Program-made: the position numbers and the translations under genes
Shown here: piece by piece, positions 1 through 12,821 of the stretch
Layout of the letters: each line of letters starts with the position of its first letter
How positions within the stretch are numbered: position 1 is the first letter of the stretch
The notes under the pieces: model-generated
Told to the model about the DNA's origin: nothing
What the model saw: only the letters and a program-made list of their open reading frames with translations
The model's database searches: none
From: Macrostomum hystrix
Taxonomy: Eukaryota > Animalia > Platyhelminthes
Assembly: GCA_950097015.1 (NCBI GenBank)
Contig: CATNEN010000038.1
Span: 10,292,001-10,356,000 of the forward strand
Length of the DNA stretch: 64,000 bases
Direction of reading: 5' to 3'

Positions 1-693
1 TAGAATCAGTCTTATAGGGATAACTAGAGATGGGATTCTAGAATCAGTCTTATGGGGATAACTAGAGATGGGATTCTAGAATCAGTCTTATGGGGATAAC
101 TAGAGATGGGATTCTAGAATCAGTCTTATAGGGATAACTAGAGATGGGATTCTAGAATCAGTCTTATGGGGATAACTAGAGATGGGATTCTAGAAACAGT
201 CTTTGGGAATAACTAAAGATGGGGTTATAGAAACAGTCTTTGGGAATAACTAGAGATGGGATTCTAGAATCAGTCTTCGGGGGATAATTAGAGATGGGAT
301 TCTAGAAACAGTCTTTGGGAATAACTACAGATGGGGTTATAGAAACAGTCTTTGGGAATAACTAGAGATGGGATTCTAGAAACAGTCTTTGGGAATAACT
401 AGAGATGGGATTCTAGAATCAGTCTTATGGGGATAACTAGAGATGGGATTCTAGAATCAGTCTTATGGGGATAACTAGAGATGGGATTCTAGAATCAGTC
501 TTATGGGGATAACTAGAGATGGGATTCTAGAATCAGTCTTATGGGGATAACTAGAGATGGGATTCTAGAAACTGTCTTTGGGGATATCTAGAGATGGGAT
601 TCTAGAAACAGTCTTTGGGGATATCTAGAGATGGGATTCTAGAAACAGTCTTTGGGGATAACTAGAGATGGGATTCTAGAAACAGTTTTTGGG
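1..693. repeat. 38-bp minisatellite (TAGAATCAGTCTTATGGGGATAACTAGAGATGGGATTC), truncated by window start
   Basis: Unit repeats about 18 times, with 37/38-bp variants. Confidence 0.95.
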
Positions 694-1399
694 GTTAATT
701 ATTCCAAAATAGGCAAAAATGATAGCCAACATGAATAAATGATGAAAATTTGCGAGCAGAAAAATTATTTGCGTGCAGACACCCCGACGAGAATAGTTGA
801 ATATCTTGACGATGTTCTGTGATTCTAGAAGACGTTTCATCGGATAGAGCAGAAAATTTTAGCTCTGCATTTTGCATTTGTTTTGCATTTTCATCGCGAT
901 TGGTTGAATATTTTGGGAGATACGCCATGTTGCAGGCGCGCAGTGGCAGGTAAATAGTGAGTGAGAAGCCTCAGAGGATGGCAGTGCAGGAAGCTGGACT
1001 GTCAGGTTGGATGGGACGAGGTCGAGTCGGTTGAGTCGTAAGCGAGCGGGTCAAAGCCTGGGCTTCTCACGTTACAGGATGTCAGGTGTAATGAAGAATT
1101 CCCAATAGTAGGGAGCGGGCGGTTTGGCAACAGAAAAACCCGGCGGATGTTCTGTTTGATCTCAGCTAACCAACTCAGTTGCTAAGCATTCCCGCGTGAT
1201 GAAATTAAATACCTTTAGGACTACAAAAATTATGTTAGAAAGATGACTTTTACACACTTAATACCCAAATATGTTTACAACAATACAGGCAAAAATGCTT
1301 TGCTCTTTGAATAGATAACATATAACCTACCATATTTCATATAGGCTATTACTATTAGATCAGTTAGCTCTGCTTTCATCATTTAGTTACTACTTACTA

Positions 1400-2740
1400 T
1401 TTGGCACTCCTCTCACCCTTTAGTTACTAGTTGGCACTCCTCTCACCCTTTAGTTACTAGTTGGCACTCCTCTCACCCTTTAGTTACTAGTTGGCACTCC
1501 TCTCACCCATTAGTTACTAGTTGGCACTCCTCTCACCCATTAGTTACTAGTTGGCACTCCTCTCACCCATTAGTTACTAGTTGGCACTCCTCTCACCCAT
1601 TAGTTACTAGTTGGCACTCCTCTCACCCATTAGTTAGTAGTTACTAGCTACTAATTGGCACTCCTCTCACCCTTTAGTTACTAGTTGGCACTCCTCTCAC
1701 CCTTTAGTTACTAGTTGGCACTCCTCTCACCCATTAGTTACTAGTTGGCACTCCTCTCACCCATTAGTTACTAGTTGGCACTCCTCTCACCCATTAGTTA
1801 CTAGTTGGCACTCCTCTCACCCATTAGTTACTAGTTGGCACTCCTCTCACCCATTAGTTAGTAGTTACTAGCTACTAATTGGCACTCCTCTCACCCTTTA
1901 GTTACTAGTTGGCACTCCTCTCACCCTTTAGTTACTAGTTGGCACTCCTCTCACCCATTAGTTACTAGTTGGCACTCCTCTCACCCATTAGTTAGTAGTT
2001 ACTAGCTACTAATTGGCACTCCTCTCACCCTTTAGTTACTAGTTGGCACTCCTCTCACCCTTTAGTTACTAGTTGGCACTCCTCTCACCCATTAGTTAGT
2101 AGTTACTAGCTACTAATTGGCACTCCTCTCACCCTTTAGTTACTAGTTGGCACTCCTCTCACCCTTTAGTTACTAGTTGGCACTCCTCTCACCCATTAGT
2201 TAGTAGTTACTAGCTACTAATTGGCACTCCTCTCACCCTTTAGTTACTAGTTGGCACTCCTCTCACCCTTTAGTTACTAGTTGGCACTCCTCTCACCCAT
2301 TAGTTAGTAGTTACTAGCTACTAATTGGCACTCCTCTCACCCTTTAGTTACTAGTTGGCACTCCTCTCACCCTTTAGTTACTAGTTGGCACTTCTCTCAA
2401 CCTATTGTTACTATCTGGCACTCCTCTCACCCATTAGTTAGTAGTTACTAGCTACTAATTGGAACTCCTCTCACCCTTTAGTTAGTAGTTACTAGCTACT
2501 AATTGGAACTCCTCTCACCCTTTAGTTAGTAGTTACTAGCTACTAATTGGCACTCCTCTCACCCTTTAGTTACTAGTTGGCACTCCTCTCACCCTTTAGT
2601 TACTAGTTGGCACTCCTCTCACCCTTTAGTTACTAGTTGGCACTCCTCTCACCCATTAGTTAGTAGTTACTAGCTACTAATTGGAACTCCTCTCACCCAT
2701 TAGTTAGTAGTTACTAGCTACTAATCGGCACTCCTCTCAT
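1400..2740. repeat. 30-bp minisatellite (TTGGCACTCCTCTCACCCWTTAGTTACTAG) with periodic longer variant units
   Basis: Direct inspection; longer units containing TAGTAGTTACTAGCTACTAA recur as a higher-order pattern. Confidence 0.95.
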
Positions 2741-3339
2741 TCCTCAGTTTGCAGAGCCGTGACTTTTGGACAGACTAAATTCTGCGAGCAAATAATATTA
2801 CACTCTAATGCTCACGAAAAGGTAAAAAAGAATTAGGGAATTCTGGCTAGTGAGTTGAGATAAGAGAGTGCGACTCGGTGATGGCAAATTAAATGACGGT
2901 AGCACTGAAATCTGATTGACGCGGCTATCAGTCGGTTTAAATCTAAATAGCTAGCTAAGGTCTCACACAGAAATTTCAATCGAATTCCAAGTATCAGTTC
3001 CTCAGCACTGCCGATGCACGTAGCGAAATTATACCAGATAAATATCCCAAAATTGGGCATAAGATCGGGGAAGTAACTAGGTTAGGGAGGGGCGGAGGAC
3101 GAGGAGAATTTAACTTTTTTTAATAAACAGATGGCGGAACTTTTAAGACCCTTGTCTGCTGTACGTGTTTAGTCTGACGGTCCTTAAAGGTATGTTGCTG
3201 TGCTCACTGCACTACTCACATCTCAGGCTAAGCACTGATGCTAATAAAATACATGATAGTGCATGAAATTTGAGTTTGAACGAAAAAAGATGCCGAAAGC
3301 ACAGATAGCGAGTGGAAGCAGGGTCGGAAGGTACAGTTT

Positions 3340-4150
3340 TGAGAGCGGAAGTAGGAGCGGAAGGTGCTGCTGAAGATTGGAAATAGGGGCGGAAGGTGCA
3401 GTTGAAGAACGGAATGTGCAGCTGAAGAGCGGAAGGTGCAGCTAAAGAGCGGATGGTGCTGCTGAAGAGCGGATGGTGCAGCTGAAGAGCGGAAGGTGCA
3501 GCTGAAGAGCGGAAGGTGCAGCTGAAGAGCGGATGGTGCAGCTGAAGAGCGGAAGGTGCAGCTGAAGAGCGGATGGTGCAGCTGAAGAGCGGAAGGTGCA
3601 GCTGAAGAGCGGAAGGTGCAGCTGAAGAGCGGATGGTGCAGCTGAAGAGCGGATGGTGCAGCTGAAGAGCGGAAGGTGCAGCTGAAGAGCGGAAGGTGCA
3701 GCTGAAGAGCGGATGGTGCTGCTGTAGAGCGGATGGTGCAGCTGAAGAGCGGATGGTGCAGCTGAAGAGCGGAAGGTGCAGCTAAAGAGCGGATGGTGCT
3801 GCTGTAGAGCGGATGGTGCAGCTGAAGAGCGGAAGGTGCAGCTGAAGAGCGGAAGGTGCAGCTAAAGAGCGGATGGTGCAGCTGAAGAGCGGAAGGTGCT
3901 GCTGTAGAGCGGATGGTGCAGCTGAAGAGCGGAAGGTGCAGCTGAGGAGCGGAAGGTGCAGCTAAAGAGCGGAAGGTGCTGCTGAAGAGCGGAAGCAGGA
4001 GCCGAAGCGGAAGCAGGAGCCGAAGCGGAAGCAGGAGCGGAAGGTGCTGCTGAAGAGCGGTAACAGGAGCGGAAGGTGTAGCTTAAGAGCGGAAGTATGA
4101 GCGGAAGGTGCAGCTTGAGGGCAGAAGAAGAGGCGGAAGGTGCAGTTTGA
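3340..4150. repeat. 20-bp minisatellite (GCGGAAGGTGCAGCTGAAGA)
   Basis: Direct inspection; degenerate at both edges. Confidence 0.93.
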
Positions 4151-4183
4151 GAAGGAACAGTTTATTACAGAAGGTACCGTTAC

Positions 4184-5572
4184 TCACAGTTCAGGCGCAG
4201 CGGTAGACTCGAATAAATCATCGTTAGACGAGGCCCAAACTTCGCTGTAGGTATGATCAGCTGACAAATGAAACTCGTCTGGTTCAACTGGTTCTTCGGC
4301 GTTGAAAGATTGAAGGGAACATTTGGAAGCATCGAAGTTTTGTCGACTTAGCTCAGCCGGGATACTTATTACAGGCAATTCTGACGAGGCAAAAGGATTC
4401 GACTTCACATCAGCGTCCAAATCAACGTCATCATTCACACCCGCTTCATCATTCTCATCCGCTTCACCATTCACATCCGCTTCACCATTCACATCCGCTT
4501 CAAAATTCACATCCGCTTCACCATTTACATCCGCTTCATCATGCACATCAACTTCACCATTCACATCCGCTTCATCATGCACATCCACTTCACCATTCAC
4601 ATCCGCTTCACTATTCACATCCACTTCATCATTCACATCCGCTTCAAATCCGGAATCGGGGGCGGCCAGTACTGTTTGAGCATCGTTGGAAGAAACAGTT
4701 CCAGACTCTCGGACTTCGGCGATGCTAGGGACGCTGTCACAATTTCTGAAACACAAAATTAACTGCCTGTTAGCGATGACCGACGACTGACACTATGATG
4801 GACTGGAATGACCGATGACTGACACTGATGGACTGGAATGACGATGACTGACACTGTGATGGACTGGAATGACCGATGACTGACACTGTTATGGACTGGA
4901 ATGACCGATGACTGACACTATGATGGACTGGATTGACCGATGACTGACACTGTGATGGACTGGATTGACCGATGACTGACACTGTGATGGACTGGATTGA
5001 CCGATGACTGACACTGATGAACTGGATTAACCGATGATTGACACTGTGATGAACTGGATTGACCGATGATTGACACTGTGAAGGACTGCAAGACAAGCGT
5101 ATAGTAAGTACTGTATGAACACCCTGAAAATAAAAGTACACGAAAGTAACCAAACCAGGCACCTACTTGCCAACCCCGCCGCTGATAACTTGCTCAGTGC
5201 AGTCAGCCTCAGCCGACACGGTGATGGCTCGGGCCGCCCGCAGGAAATGATCGTCAGGACAGCTGCTAGCCTGTGCAATGATTTATGACAGCAGTGCAGC
5301 AGCATTAACGAATTCCTTAAACAAATAACTTATTGATTCGGCAATGAAATTTCTACCTGCGAGCCTAGTGACGGCGATCGACCTCCGCCCTCTTCGCCGT
5401 TGCGTTGGTGATTTCGTCGACTTCGTCGCGACGAGCGACGTCTGGCAACGTCTGGCCAGGCGAGGCTGAAAAATCTCGACGAAGACGAAGACGGCGGCGA
5501 TTTTGGAGCTTTTTTCGAACCGTGGCTTCTGGGACTTTTGCCCGATATGCAGGCGGTCATCCAACTGGGCAT
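4184..5572 (-). CDS. Uncharacterised low-complexity/acidic protein; exons 5572-5357, 5270-5167, 4745-~4189 (3' end uncertain)
   Basis: GT-AG boundaries with matching phases (0 then 2) join MPSWMTAC...GSQ / ASSCPDD...GVGK / NCDSVPS...APEL. Exon 3 has an 18-bp coding repeat (EADVNG). It ends either at TGA 4186-4184 or at an overlapping GTGAGT donor. No family recognised. Confidence 0.55.
4775..5080. repeat. ~30-bp intronic minisatellite (GATGACTGACACTGTGATGGACTGGATTGACC-like)
   Basis: Direct inspection; lies between predicted exons 5167 and 4745. Confidence 0.9.
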
Positions 5573-7800
5573 GTGGGGCGATTTTAACTGCGTGCTGCAC
5601 CGCAGCTGCAAATGGTATAAAACTTTTTGTAGTAGTACAGCTAGTAGTATATGAAGCATTTTAAGCCTTTATCATTTGAAACAGTAATAATTAAATTTCA
5701 AGAATAAATTAAATTAAGAAAACATACAATATTTTTTATCAATATTAGTTATTAGAATAAAACAAATCAATAAAACGTTTTCATATTTTTAAGACTTTTA
5801 TGCAGAGTACAATAGCACATCTTTTGGTGATTAGACATCCAGCTAGCCATTGAGACAGCAGAGTGCACACATGTATGCAGGCCTGAGTTTACTTGTAACA
5901 TAGTTTGTTATATGTTACATCAAAGTTATATTTTTGGTACTCTGAATTTAGACCTATAGAATCAAAATGACAGCATTTTTAGATATGGTGCCAAAAATTA
6001 AGGAGTAATGATAGAACAAGTCCAACAACCATTTAAATGTTTTTCAAAAAGAAATTTACATTTTTGATTTTAGCATTAAAATTTCCAATTTCGCACAGTC
6101 CAGGTCCAGATTTTTTACCTGGCCAAATGCCACCACAGTTTTGTTTTGAGAAACCCTGATGCAGTCCTCTAAACTAACAAGGGTATACAATCACCTTGTA
6201 TTTTTTTAGATCATACTAGTACTAATTTTTATTAGTACCTAAGTCTAGCTAATTTCAATAGTTCTATGTCCCAAATGAACATGTCTCACTGACATTAGTG
6301 ATTAAGGCTGAAGCTTTTTTGTAGGATGTATATACACCAACAAGCAATATAGCAATTAATTTTGTCTCAGCAAAAATTCTGATTGCATAGCTCAAATATT
6401 GTGAAAATTTAGTGAACCATTTTTTTCTGAAACCATATTCTATCCATGAAAATTAAATGTTGCTCTAACAAAAGAATAACACCTATATTACACATATTCA
6501 TAAAAAGTCAAGTTCTTAAATAAAAAAAGAGACAAGTTCTGGATATTTGGTGAATTTTTAAGCTGCTAGCTATCCTTTTATTAGAAGCCCAGATTGTGTC
6601 GTGTGTGCTTCAAAAAGCCAGCTGGTGTGGAGAAGAATCTTTTTTAGAATTGAACTACCTTGATTAATTGGAAAACCACAAATCATAATTGAAATGAAAA
6701 TAATTTCATGGTTAAAAACGTAAAATCGTATACTATTTTATAAGGGCCATACGGCGATATTCAATAATATTACAGTTACAGCAATACGGCCAGCCATTCA
6801 ATTGTGCCAAAAGTAAAACTTGATATTTAATAAACCAGAAAAGTGCTCAACGGAAATAGACAAACAAAAGAGCGGGTATGCATTAAAAAGCGATTTAGTG
6901 AATGAATTTAAAACTTTCAAACACTTTTATAGAGCAAACAGTACATCGGATCGGATCCTTCCATGCCGTATAGTCTTACATGAGTCAGCCGTTACGAGCA
7001 TAAATAAAAACAATCTTATACCTAAATCTGTACAACTATCTATCTATAGCTAACTAATTCTTCGAATCGTGCAACTTAAAATTTTCGCTTCTAGTAAAAT
7101 TGTTTAGAGCTAAAAAGTATAACAATTTTGCAAGCATGTCATCACACAGAAGACGACAACCATAAACTGAAGACGTACATGCAAGTCATTGCCTAGAAGC
7201 TAATTGCTAAATCACACAGAATTGTGAGCGTCATTGAGCTTTAATAATTAACACTTCACGAGGTACGGCATATCCTACATCAAGACAAGCTTAACTTTGC
7301 GCCAAGGATAGATTTTGTAATCCCATCACATCGTTTTTTTTCGTTCAAACTCAAATTTCATGATGAAGAAATAAACTTCTTGCCTTCTTCTTCTTGTCCG
7401 GATGAGACAAGCCATCCGGATTGTCTCAGGACCGGTATATAAATAGTCTAAAATGATTTCGCTGCGCGCAGTAGAGTACTCGAATTGATATTAAATATTA
7501 AAAGTATGTTTAGTTTATTTACTCCACAGTCACAATTTCGAATGCGACGGGGGTCAGGTACGCTTTTAAACAGCGAAACTTCACAACAATTATAAAACAT
7601 AATAACACAATAAGGACAATCATATCGTCAGTCCGAGATATCTGGCCTAGTGTTTCTGTTTATTCTTACCGTATTTTGGGAAAGATAGCAGGAGGATGAT
7701 TGCAAATGATCTGTTCTTAATTACTCGGTTCTTTGCTGCTAGAGATAAATTTGCCTAGAGCATTTTGTTTTATACTAGTAGTTTAATCTTCAGTCTGAAA

Positions 7801-10411
7801 TCATAATTGAAGGAGACCACCGATCATGGCCAACGAGTCGCTGCAGTCAGCCCGCAAAAAGGTTAACTCCAAGGCGTCCTTCGGCTGGAATTGAATTTAC
7901 AGTGTACTTGGTCATATAGGTATATAAATTAAAAAAATATTAAAAGTGAAGCTAATATGAACAATAGTTTAAAAGCCAGGCGATTTTTTATCATTTAAAG
8001 AATGCGTGATTCCTGACCTTGAAATCACGTGACGCTAAAAATAGCTCTATCCTGTAGGAAAAGCATTTTTATAGCTAAATAGCTGAAAATTAGTCAGCGA
8101 ATTCCAACTCACTATTCCTGCGAAATTCCAGGCTTCCAGAAGACGACTACGGCAGGCAGCTGATTCAAAAAAATCGCCGCGGACAATGATCTGGGCCAGG
8201 CCGTGACCGGAAGCGGAGTGAACAAGAGTGTCAAAGAAGGTCTTGATAAAGGCGTAGCTTAGCGAAGCGGCGATGTCCGACTGGCTTGGCTGCAGCTCGC
8301 CTGCGATGGCAAATTAACGAAAATCACAGGATGTACATACACAGGATGTACATACACAGCACGAATGATTCATTCAGTCACAGTAGAGCCACTCGCAATA
8401 GTCACTCGTGGAATTATTCCGAAGAATGAGCCTAAACGCACCCAGGGACCGCAGATCGTGCAGTTTGCCCAGCGTGAAGACCACAGCGCCAAGGTCGTAC
8501 AGGCCGTAGGAAGACTCGGCTGGCAGCAGATCGCCGATGGTCAGATCTAGCTTGCCGAGGTTGCCACCTGCTGAGAGGGCGAGAAATTCAGCGAGGCTTT
8601 CTGCGGCATCAGGCAAAGTCGAGAGAGAAACGGACGATAGGCGGGCCAGGCCTAGCAGGTTGCGGTAGCCGAGAATCGGCTCCGTTGCTAGGCGACTACT
8701 GGACGGCCGACCTTGGTCGTCGAGGTCGATCTGTAATTGAGAAAATGTCGTAATTAAGTTTCTGGACTTGCATCCTTCAATGGAAAATGTCACTCTCTTA
8801 TCCGAGAGCCTGTCACTCTCTATCGGGAGCCTGTGTCACTCTCTTATCCGAGAGCCTGTCACTCTCTATCGGGAGCCTGTGTCACTCTCTATCGAGAGCC
8901 TGTGTCACTCTCTATCGAGAGCCTGTCACTCTCTATCGGGAGCCTGTGTCACTCTCTTATCCGAGAGCCTGTCACTCTCTATCGGGAGCCTGTGTCACTC
9001 TCTATCGAGAGCCTGGGTCACTCTCCTGTGTCACTCTCCTAATCAAGAGACTCTTTTAATCAAGAGCCTGTCACTCTCCAAATCAAGAGCCTGTCACTCC
9101 TCCTCACCCTATCGAGGGTCAGTGCGTGCGGTCCGAGTTCGGCCACAATCGCTGTTCCGCGTCGCGTCGCTCCACCCCCAGACGCAGCCTCCCGGCGACG
9201 CATTCGTCTGGCGAGACGCTCATTGATGAGGCGCCAGGTTGGCGAGTGTGTGACCTGTTGGTTAACGCTAGGCGGACTCGGGTGCCACAACTGATGGCCC
9301 GACTGCAGCTCGTCGACGCCCGAGAACCAGCAGACAGCCAAGCCGGCCAAGGCGCTTCGCCCAGCGTTCAGCTTGAGCAGCCTGGCATCGGGATCGGAGT
9401 TGGGATCGACAGATGTACCCCGATGTTACAAGGCGAGGATTTGGGAAGGAGGAGATTATCAAGGGTATCTGGGAAGGTGATGGGATTTTCGCGAGTATCT
9501 AGGAAGCTGGAGGGATTATCGTGAGGATCTGGAAAGGTGAAGAGATTATCGTGAGGATCTGGGAATGTGGAGGGATTATCGTGAGGATCTGGAAAGGTGA
9601 AGAGATTATCGTGAGGATCTGGGAAGGTGGAGGGATTATCGTGAGGGTCTGAAAAGGTGGATGGATTACGAGCGTATCGTGAGGATCTGGAAAGGTGAAG
9701 AGATTATCGTGAGGATCTTGGAAGTTGGAGGGATTTTCGTGAGGATCTTCGAAGGTGGATGGATTATTGTGAGGATCTGGAAAGGTGGATGGATTATCGT
9801 GAGGATCTGGGAAGGTGGATGGATTATCGTGAGGATTTGGAAAGGTGGAGGGATTATTGTGAGGATCTGGGACGATGGAGGCGGGCATTATAATGATGAT
9901 CTTGGTCCTAATCTATTGGATGGATCATGGTCGAATACATCGAAATTACCAAATAATTTGTGAATTTGAAAACCTTAATTATCAGATAACTGAGAAAGGT
10001 GACAACCTAATTAACCTAGGATCTGGGAAGTTAACGACCCTCACCGCATCTATGGAAATACTGACGCATTTTCAGTAAATTGACTTACTCGATGCCCTTG
10101 TCAGCCAGAAGCACAGCTAGCTTCTGCTCAGCAGCTATGTCCGCAGGGTGACCGCCTTCATCACGTGACTCTCTAAACACAAGAGTAACATTGCTACAAC
10201 CTGCTGGCAAATGGCTAGCAACAGTCGCCATGGTGACAGTTGAATCCTTCCCTTCCATAGCAACAATATTCACTGCTGCAGAGTCGCCTGTTTCCATAGC
10301 AACACGAGCTAGCTTCGCTATACAGCCGTTGGAATAGACGATAGCCACTGCCGCATTGGGTCGATAAGCGGGCCGCATAGTCAGATTGAGTGTGGACTCA
10401 GTGGACTCCAT
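7801..10411 (-). CDS. Type II pantothenate kinase (Fumble/PanK)-fold protein, probably catalytically inactive; exons 10411-10089, 9381-9108, 8730-8442, 8300-8113, 7884-7801; 385 aa
   Basis: All four introns are GT-AG and in phase (1158 nt including stop). Segments align by eye to PanK: LGYRNLLGLARL~LGGGTFLGLCCLL, GNLGKLDLTIGDL~GDSTNVDKLVKDI, AVVFTLGKL~AVASSFGNM, SQSDIAASLSYAF~SKEDLARATL, QIIVRGDFF~RVVFVGNFL, LTFLR..SLAMIGGLLQL*~ALFLEHEGYFGAVGALL. Confidence 0.8.
8787..9100. repeat. 22-26-bp intronic minisatellite (GAGCCTGTGTCACTCTCTATCG)
   Basis: Direct inspection; within PanK-like intron 2. Confidence 0.9.
9435..9875. repeat. 30-bp intronic minisatellite (GATTATCGTGAGGATCTGGAAAGGTGGAGG)
   Basis: Direct inspection; within PanK-like intron 1. 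Confidence 0.9.
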
Positions 10412-10724
10412 TGCTCAAGACTCAGAGCTGGCTACAAGCTGCAACACAAAAAACTGATTCATTTATTAAGGTTCTTAAGTCGATCTTTTTTATCGCGGCA
10501 AACATTTCTACCCCGAGATTGTGCGGGTCGTATGGGTTCTGATGCCACTGAAAATGTGTACACTAAACGTTAGTACACAAATGTACACTTCTCTTTTAGA
10601 GTTCAAAACGTAAGAAATGATATTTATTTTCAACATGAAAACTTTCTGAGCAGAATAAAAGTGGTGCCGTTATTGACAATTCTGAAAACTTACTTTTTGG
10701 AGTTTATTGTATATTAGTGTAGTT

Positions 10725-10930
10725 TAAGAGTTCTTGTTTGGGGAAGAATCTGGCTTAAAGAATTCTTGTTTGGGAAGTTCCTGGGTCAGGATCTTCTAAG
10801 AACTTAAAGAGTTCTTGTTAGGTAAGATTCTGGTATGAAGAGTTCCAGTTTGGGAAGATTCTAGCTTGGGAAGATTCCAGTTTGGGAAGATTCTAGTTTG
10901 TGAAGATTCTGTTTAGATTTAAGAGGATAA
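10725..10930. repeat. ~16-bp minisatellite (TTTGGGAAGATTCTAG), left part; continues at 43714
   Basis: Same unit, in the same orientation, resumes immediately after 43713. Confidence 0.85.
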
Positions 10931-11168
10931 CTAGCTTTTTTTGCCCGTTGTTTTTGGGGCAGAAATTTAAAGCAAAGCAGTAAGCAATTCACGTCTCTGT
11001 ATTAACTTTATAGTGAAGGTCACCATTTATTTATTTACTGCATTAATGAAAAGTGAAGAGTTTGTTTAAGGGCGTTTTAAGTAAAAAATAAGTGAAAAGT
11101 TTGTCCAAACAGCCCCCTCTTGATTACTTCTTTAGAAACATGTCTCTTAGCCACTCCTCTATTACAGT

Positions 11169-11408
11169 CAGTGGCAGATCCAGGAATTTTGTTTTGGGGC
11201 GGTCTGTCAGGGGAGCGCCATGAGAATCACAGAGGGGGTGACAGCGGCCGAAAAAGGGCGCCAGGAGCCAAGAAAGGGCGCCAGCGGCTGAAAAACGGGA
11301 GCCAGCGGCTGAAAAAGGGGCGCCAGCGGCCGAAAATCATCTTATTCCCATGATTAAAATTTATGGGGGCGACTGCCACCCCGCCCCCCCCCCCTAAATC
11401 TGCCTCTG
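11169..11408. mobile_element. hAT-type MITE, 240 bp
   Basis: Imperfect TIRs CAGTGGCAGATCC / AAATCTGCCTCTG; flanking 8-mers ATTACAGT / TATACAGT (6/8 match) as a decayed TSD; internal ~21-bp repeats. Confidence 0.7.
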
Positions 11409-11560
11409 TATACAGTATGCATGTACACGCGTATACATAAGGAAAATAGCCATGGCATAACAATAACAATGTCAAAGAAACAAAATTAAACTGTTTCAGA
11501 GTTCAGAGTTAGACAGGTCAAGGTCAATTCGTGACTACTTTTCTATTAATTGCTTGCGAG

Positions 11561-12530
11561 TCACCTCAAGGCCTGGGGATACACCACATTCTTCGTTCTT
11601 CCCCTTGGTGCGAAAATGAATAGGCCAGCTGGAGTTCCAACACGGGAGCAGGTGACATAAAGCTGCCCATGCGAGAAACACGGAGTCTCCAGGTTGATGC
11701 CAGCCACCTTCAGCGACTGTCCCTGAGCCTTGTTAATAGTCATCGCAAAGCACACTCTCACAGGGAACTGCAGTCGCTTGAACTGAAATGGCAGGTCCGT
11801 GGGGATAATTGGAATCCGGGGAACGAACACAGACTCTCCTCTGCCAGATCCAGTCATTATCGTGGCCTCAATCACGTGTGGGAAGAGCCGCCTGACTATC
11901 AGTCTAGTGCCGTTACACAGCCTTGGCGCATTCAGGTTGCGGAGGAGCATAATTGGTGCCCCAACTTTCAGCTGCAAGTTGTGCGATGGAGTTCCAGGAG
12001 GATCTAGAGAGTTCAGAAACTCAACAGGATACTCCACAGCGGTGTCATCAGTCAACGTTGTATCAATTGACTTGTAGGTGAAAACTGCACCTGGCAACTC
12101 CTGAAGCAGTTGGTAGTTAATTTCGTTGGCGGCATCATTTCTAGGACACAGAATTGCCCTCTCTGACAGCCAGTCAACGTCAGCATATCGAACCATCAGG
12201 TTCGGGTAAACTTTTGCCTTGAGCTCCTGCACTGACTGCACAATGGTTCCGATTGTAGCGATCGATGACTGCCCATCCTCGGTGCTAATCTCCAGCAGAC
12301 CATTGCCGATTCGCAATAGATTGGCAGAGAACTCATGAGCTGTTTCGTCTCCTTGAATTGTAGCTCTCATGTTTGTTCGTAGGTGCAACTTCACAACCGA
12401 TGGCCACAGGTGAGATGATTTTAGGCAAGCATTAATCTCATCAGCAGGAGTGCCACGCGGAATCACAGGCAGCGTCTGTCTAAAGTCTCCAAACAGCAGC
12501 AGAGTGACACCACCCATCAGTTGATCGCCA
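11561..12530 (-). pseudogene. Helitron RepHel PIF1-family helicase, C-terminal part only
   Basis: Motifs GDFRQTLPV, LRTNMR, ERAILCPRN, LKVGAPIMLLRNL..LCNGTRL, FKRLQFPVRVCFAMTINKAQGQSL, FSHGQLYVTCSRV, TKNVVY. Walker A/B and the HUH Rep domain are absent upstream. Confidence 0.93.
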
Positions 12531-12663
12531 GCCTCTCTCTTTCTTCTATCCCAGGCTGGCTGGAGAGAAATATCGACCGGAGAGCCCTGCGCACTGGGAC
12601 GCCACCGCACTCACCGCACTCAGTCTCAGTGCTGCTTGGGGGCCAGTAGACAGTCTCATCTAA

Positions 12664-12742
12664 CGGCCGCCGGCTAGCCGACACTTCCACTAGTCAAAAA
12701 ATACTCGGCTAGCCGGGTGATTCCACGTGGACCCACGGGGGG
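12664..12742 (+). repeat. 79-bp module, inverted copy of 43114-43192; resembles two tail-to-tail Helitron 3' ends
   Basis: 77/79 identity to the reverse complement of 43114-43192; palindrome CGGCTAGCCG on each side of ACTAGT. Confidence 0.85.
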
Positions 12743-12821
12743 CTAGCCTTACTGGCGGTGGCCTTGGGGGAATTGCATTCCTAACCCACGTGCATGTAGT
12801 AAGAAACTATATAAATAACTT

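Noticed and set aside
695-3060. Short ORFs 695-928 and 2833-3060 as further exons of the 4184-5572 gene
   Set aside because: No convincing in-phase splice junctions or recognisable motifs
12750-12815. Resemblance to an HDV-like ribozyme or LINE 5' end
   Set aside because: Too degenerate; could not assign the nested double pseudoknot by eye
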